NCBI GenBank assembly: GCA_031414775.1
Contig: JANOQI010000033.1
Span: 1-64,000 of the forward strand
Source of the DNA: Synechococcales cyanobacterium VAR_4_metabat_354
Lineage (GTDB): Bacteria; Cyanobacteriota; Cyanobacteriia; Cyanobacteriales; Chamaesiphonaceae
Direction: 5' to 3'
Length of the DNA: 64,000 bases
Under the pieces are notes generated by a model. That model was not told the DNA's origin. It saw only the letters and a list, made by a program, of their open reading frames with translations, and did no database searches. A program made the translations under genes and the position numbers. Numbering within the stretch: position 1 is the first letter of the stretch; each line of letters opens with the position of its first letter. Of this stretch, positions 63,534 through 64,000 are shown one piece after another.

Positions 63534-63834
63534 TATTTGGCTACTGAGCGGTGCCGTTATCTTATCTATGGCTCCGGTTTTAATGTATCAAGGCAAAGAA
63601 TTTAAAGCGACAGATAGCATTAATATCACTGCGATCGAAGCAGTCAGACCTGGATATAAACCTTGGTTTGAGCCAATTATCAAGCCCTCTGGTGGCGAAA
63701 TAGAGACTTTTTTGTTTGCAACTCAGGCGGCGATCGGATCAGGGATCACCTGTTATATATTGGGTTTATATAAAGGCCGCAATGAACGCCGACAAGCAGA
63801 AAAAGACTCCACACTGCTCAAGAATCGCGATTAG
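63514..63834 (+). CDS. cbiN: Cobalt transport protein CbiN
   Basis: YKPWFEP....P.GGEIET.LFA.QAAIG. Confidence 0.93.
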   Translation: MRKLPINIWLLSGAVILSMAPVLMYQGKEFKATDSINITAIEAVRPGYKPWFEPIIKPSGGEIETFLFATQAAIGSGITCYILGLYKGRNERRQAEKDSTLLKNRD

Positions 63835-64000
63835 TGCATATTCAATTCGATACTCTGGCTTATACTAATCGACTGCGCCACTTACCCCCAGGGCAAAAGT
63901 TGTGGTTCGCGGTCTTGGTATTGCTCATAGCGCTGATATCTCATTATCCTGTGCAAATTGTCATATTTGGGTGGATGAGTATTTGGAGTATCTTATATGC
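63834..64000 (+). CDS. cbiQ: Cobalt ECF transporter T component CbiQ (5' part, runs off the window)
   Basis: GTG at 63834 overlaps the cbiN stop and reads MHIQFDTLAYTNRLRHLPPGQKL...; consistent with operon position. Confidence 0.85.
   Translation, partial: MHIQFDTLAYTNRLRHLPPGQKLWFAVLVLLIALISHYPVQIVIFGWMSIWSILY

Overview
A gene-dense chromosomal segment from a cyanobacterium, indicated by psaC, psaF-psaJ-psaL, ndhM, CRR6 and very frequent CGATCG/GCGATCGC (HIP1) sites. Housekeeping genes include pheS, surE, bioB, mscL, glmM, mnmG, gcvT, tyrS, nadA, queC, tsaD and a cobalamin-riboswitch-led cbiMNQ operon. Several accessory modules are interspersed. (1) The best candidate for an undescribed system is at 46186-49245: a Bell-like helical effector gene followed by an nSTAND1-type NTPase. 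The two share a gap-free 27-aa N/Q/G-rich motif (13/27 identical), the layout of amyloid signalling pairs. The NTPase ends not in WD40/TPR repeats but in a transmembrane helix plus an AT-rich extracytoplasmic solute-binding-like domain, which is split by a frameshift at an A6 tract. (2) A head-to-head pair of HTH-NB-ARC genes, one with WD40 repeats and one without, sits next to an oversized carotenoid-oxygenase-family gene, with phased TCNGAC repeats between the pair. (3) An HNH nuclease is preceded by a ~270-nt hairpin-rich leader or ncRNA candidate. (4) An ATPase + TPR pair shows recent repeat duplications. (5) A Tat-exported redox operon encodes a redoxin, CcdA, a cytochrome b and a Mo-oxidoreductase. 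(6) The window also carries a histone-H1-like protein, two type II TA modules and an IS remnant. No tRNA, rRNA or CRISPR array was recognised. All calls come from motif recognition by eye; no database searches were run.
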